A stretch of 64,000 bases of DNA, taken from contig CM059432.1 in assembly GCA_030390025.1 (NCBI GenBank), positions 144,462,001 through 144,526,000 of the forward strand. Reading direction: 5' to 3'. The position numbers and the translations under genes are program-made. Shown one piece after another: positions 61,502 through 64,000 of the stretch. The notes below the pieces were generated by a model, which worked only from the letters and a program-made list of their open reading frames with translations, had not been told where the DNA came from and made no database searches. Position 1 is the first letter of the stretch; each line of letters opens with the position of its first letter. Origin of the DNA: Squalus acanthias (taxonomy: Eukaryota).

Positions 61502-62332
61502 TCCCTTAGGGGTCACATTCGAGGTTGAGTTACTGGATGAAGTTGCTGAGCCACCATGGAAATACACAGTGTTTGATGATATTAGCCTGTCGTTATCCTT
61601 ATAACCTTCAATTCCTTCCTTTCCAGCCCTTGTGATCTAAAGTTATCTTGTGATCATTTCTTGTGATGATTACACGGGGGAATTGGTGGATTCTCTTGGA
61701 GGAGCAGGAGACTCCGGTTCATTTCAATTTGAAAGCGCAGATTGGAGGATCTCTTTAAATATCAGCACCACAACTACCATCCCCACAGAACATCAATCGC
61801 TAGAAGCAGACTTCAAGCTTAATAAGTTCAATTATTAACTTCCAAAATACATATTAAAATGCTGTGTTACTATTTTTAACTATGAATGTGGAAGAGACAT
61901 AACTCAAGAAGGTACAAGTGAGACTGGTCACCCTTAAACACGTCGTGAATTGAAACCAATCACGCACTACCATTGGTGTGAACTTCTTTTTATTATGTGG
62001 TTGCTGTTCGATGGATATTTCCTACAGTTTTCAGGGTTTGTTTTAAACTCTATGGGCTGGATTTTGATTCAGGGGCGGGCTGGGGTCGTGTAATCCGCAT
62101 TTCGTGTTAGCCACCCGAATCTAAATCGATGTGGGAGATTGATGCAATTTTAACATAATTGGCCAATTGAGTTCCAACGTGTGGGAACCCATGGCCAGTG
62201 AGTTTCTCCAGTCTGAAAGTCGCTTCCGATGACGTCATCATTGCTGCAGCATTTAAGGTCTGCAACAAGCCTTGCTTCCTCTGCAGACTGCCAAGCTTCT
62301 GCCTTTGCATGTTAGAGGCACCTGCAGGAAGA

Positions 62333-62572
62333 ATGGCCAGCCAGAGACCTAGGTCTGCACCTCGATTTGATGACGTCGCCCTGCAAGCTTTAATTGAGGG
62401 AGCCAGAGCTAATAAGGAGGTGCTCTTCCCTTCTTCAGGGAGGAAGAAGCCTTCCCATCAAACCAAGGCTATGTGGATGCAGGTGGCAGAGAAGGTCAAC
62501 TCGTTGTCCATAACCCGCAGAACCTGGCTTCAATGCAGGAAGAGGTTTCATGACCTGCTGCGCACTGGAAAA
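62333..62572 (+). CDS. Exon 1, Myb/SANT-like DNA-binding protein (Harbinger accessory protein; NAIF1/MSANTD-like)
   Basis: MASQRPRSAPRFDDVALQALI...W..VA..VN...RRTWLQCRKRFHDL; phase-0 donor AAA|GTGAGT. Confidence 0.85.
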
Positions 62573-62916
62573 GTGAGTATGACTTTCCCATCACCTTCAT
62601 TCTGATCCCCATTGCCTCTCCTCACCAGCACTCAGCTTTGACAACCTCTTGCTCCACATCCCACTTGACACTGACATCCCTGCACCCTTACCCATTCCCT
62701 CTCTCTGTATGGTCACATTCACCTAACTATTCGACTATGCAGCCCTCACACTCCCTATCGCTGTGATGCTATGAAAACAACTTACAACACACAGGGAGGG
62801 GCCCATGGTCTTGCCACCTCACTCCGAATTTGTCTCCTTCTAACCATCAATGATATAGATTCTCTACACTCACTCCTTCATTCTCACTCAAACTCCACTT
62901 GTCTCCCTCATTGCAG

Positions 62917-63076
62917 GAAAAGAGAGCTCACAATAAGAGGGAAAGAGCGAGGACAGGAGGAGGGCCACCCTCAGTAGCCCAGCTCACCACCTGGGAGGAG
63001 GCGGTCCTGGAGATCATGGGAGTGGAGGAGGATGCGCAAGTGGGGGACGGACAGACGGGTGCATCAGAGCAAGCTG
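62917..63076 (+). CDS. Exon 2, Myb/SANT-like protein
   Basis: Acceptor ctccctcattgcag; in-frame EKRAHNKRERARTGGGPP; candidate phase-1 donor G|GTGACA. Confidence 0.78.
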
Positions 63077-63232
63077 GTGACAGAATAGTTTATCATCTCT
63101 CTCATTGACATTGCATGAGTCACTGATAATGATTCTGATGCTCCAACAGACTGACTTATGATCATCTGCAATATGCAATGTGCATGTAACCTTGGACTCA
63201 CATCTCTGACTCTTTCCTTTACTCCCCCCCAG

Positions 63233-64000
63233 GACCATCACGAGCAGCCGTCCCCACCGTCCAGGAGGAAGAGCATGAGCCTCACCACTCCTCAGAGGAA
63301 GCTGCAACCTCTGAGGGCACCGCGTCAGCAGAATTCAGCGCACCCAGCACCAGCGCAGACACTCACACCTCGGAGGGAACATTGCGAGATAGAGTAGTGT
63401 TGTCACCGATTTATCACAGCTCACAAGTGAGCATCAGCAGATACTGGAGACAGGGACAGCAGTGGAGAGTCCTAGTCGGAGGGCGCAGGACTCTCCTAGC
63501 TCGGCTCAGCTGCATGTCGACCCTCTGCCTCTGGGTCCATCCATAAGATCAGCGGTGCTGGAACTCCAGGAACAGATGCAGGAGTCTCTGGCAGGTTTTG
63601 TCTCCAGGGTCGCTGCGAGTGTGGAGCGAATGGAGGAGTCCATAGCAAACATGAGCAGGGCCTTTGTGGAGTCATTGGCGCATGAACGCATCACCACGGA
63701 AAGGATGGCAACCTCCGTGGAAAGGATGGCTACAGTAGAGGAGAGGCTGGCTACGGCTATGGAGGAGATAAGTCGCCAGAGTGTAGAAAACATGGTCATT
63801 CTTCAGAATAGACTGGCATCTCTTGAGGAGCAATGGTCATCTATTGAACACAGAAACCAGACCTTCATGGAAGTCCTTCTGAGTAGGACTTCCAGTGCAG
63901 ATATGGGTCCCCATGGCCCCCCTGATGTGCAGCAAGGTGCTCTCAATCCACTTGCAAGCGCTGAGGTGGGGCTGACCCATGGGAGGGATGTTGGTGGCAG
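63233..64000 (+). pseudogene. Exon 3, Myb/SANT-like protein (acidic Ser/Thr-rich then coiled-coil-like), probable frameshift near 63410
   Basis: Acceptor tttactcccccccag; spliced frame GPSRAAVPTVQEEE...PSTSADT stops at about 63545, while a second frame from about 63415 (TSEHQQILETG...MEESIANM...ERMATSVERMA) stays open to the window end. Confidence 0.6.

Larger units (their letters stand above)
62054..64000 (+). mobile_element. PIF/Harbinger transposon, left end and Myb/SANT gene (continues past the window)
   Basis: Terminus GGGCTGGATTTT shared with MITE 55702; spliced Myb/SANT-like gene downstream; transposase not seen within the window. Confidence 0.75.

Noticed and set aside
60685..61604. 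Cys/His/Leu-rich ORFs resembling metallothionein or keratin-associated proteins
   Set aside because: Translation of a CTG-rich minisatellite that is open in all frames.
62333..63076. Host gene NAIF1 or MSANTD4
   Set aside because: Only domain-level resemblance; a transposon terminus lies upstream and exon 3 is frameshifted, so no symbol was assigned.

Overview
Eukaryotic, repeat-dominated window with no recognisable host gene. The repeat repertoire (CR1, L2, RTE and Penelope retroelements, tRNA-headed Deu/V-type SINEs, PIF/Harbinger elements) points to a cartilaginous fish (inference). Main contents: (1) a 7.4 kb 32-bp satellite with an apparently exact 2,399-bp internal duplication, a 6.1 kb purine-rich 9-mer array and several minisatellites; (2) a complete, very young Ty3/Gypsy element (21544-25963, minus; identical 183-bp LTRs, CAGAG target duplication, intact 1318-aa Gag-Pol) nested in an older LINE; (3) three Penelope-type insertions with target-site duplications, all carrying minimal hammerhead ribozyme motifs; (4) a Harbinger transposon with a spliced Myb/SANT gene plus related MITEs; (5) many LINE/SINE fragments, several nested. 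The most unusual signal is in the Gypsy element. It has no tRNA-type primer-binding site; the PBS position instead holds a 12-nt perfect complement of its own LTR that overlaps an ATTAAA hexamer, and its RT motif is YLDN rather than YxDD. All comparisons were made by eye; no database searches were run.
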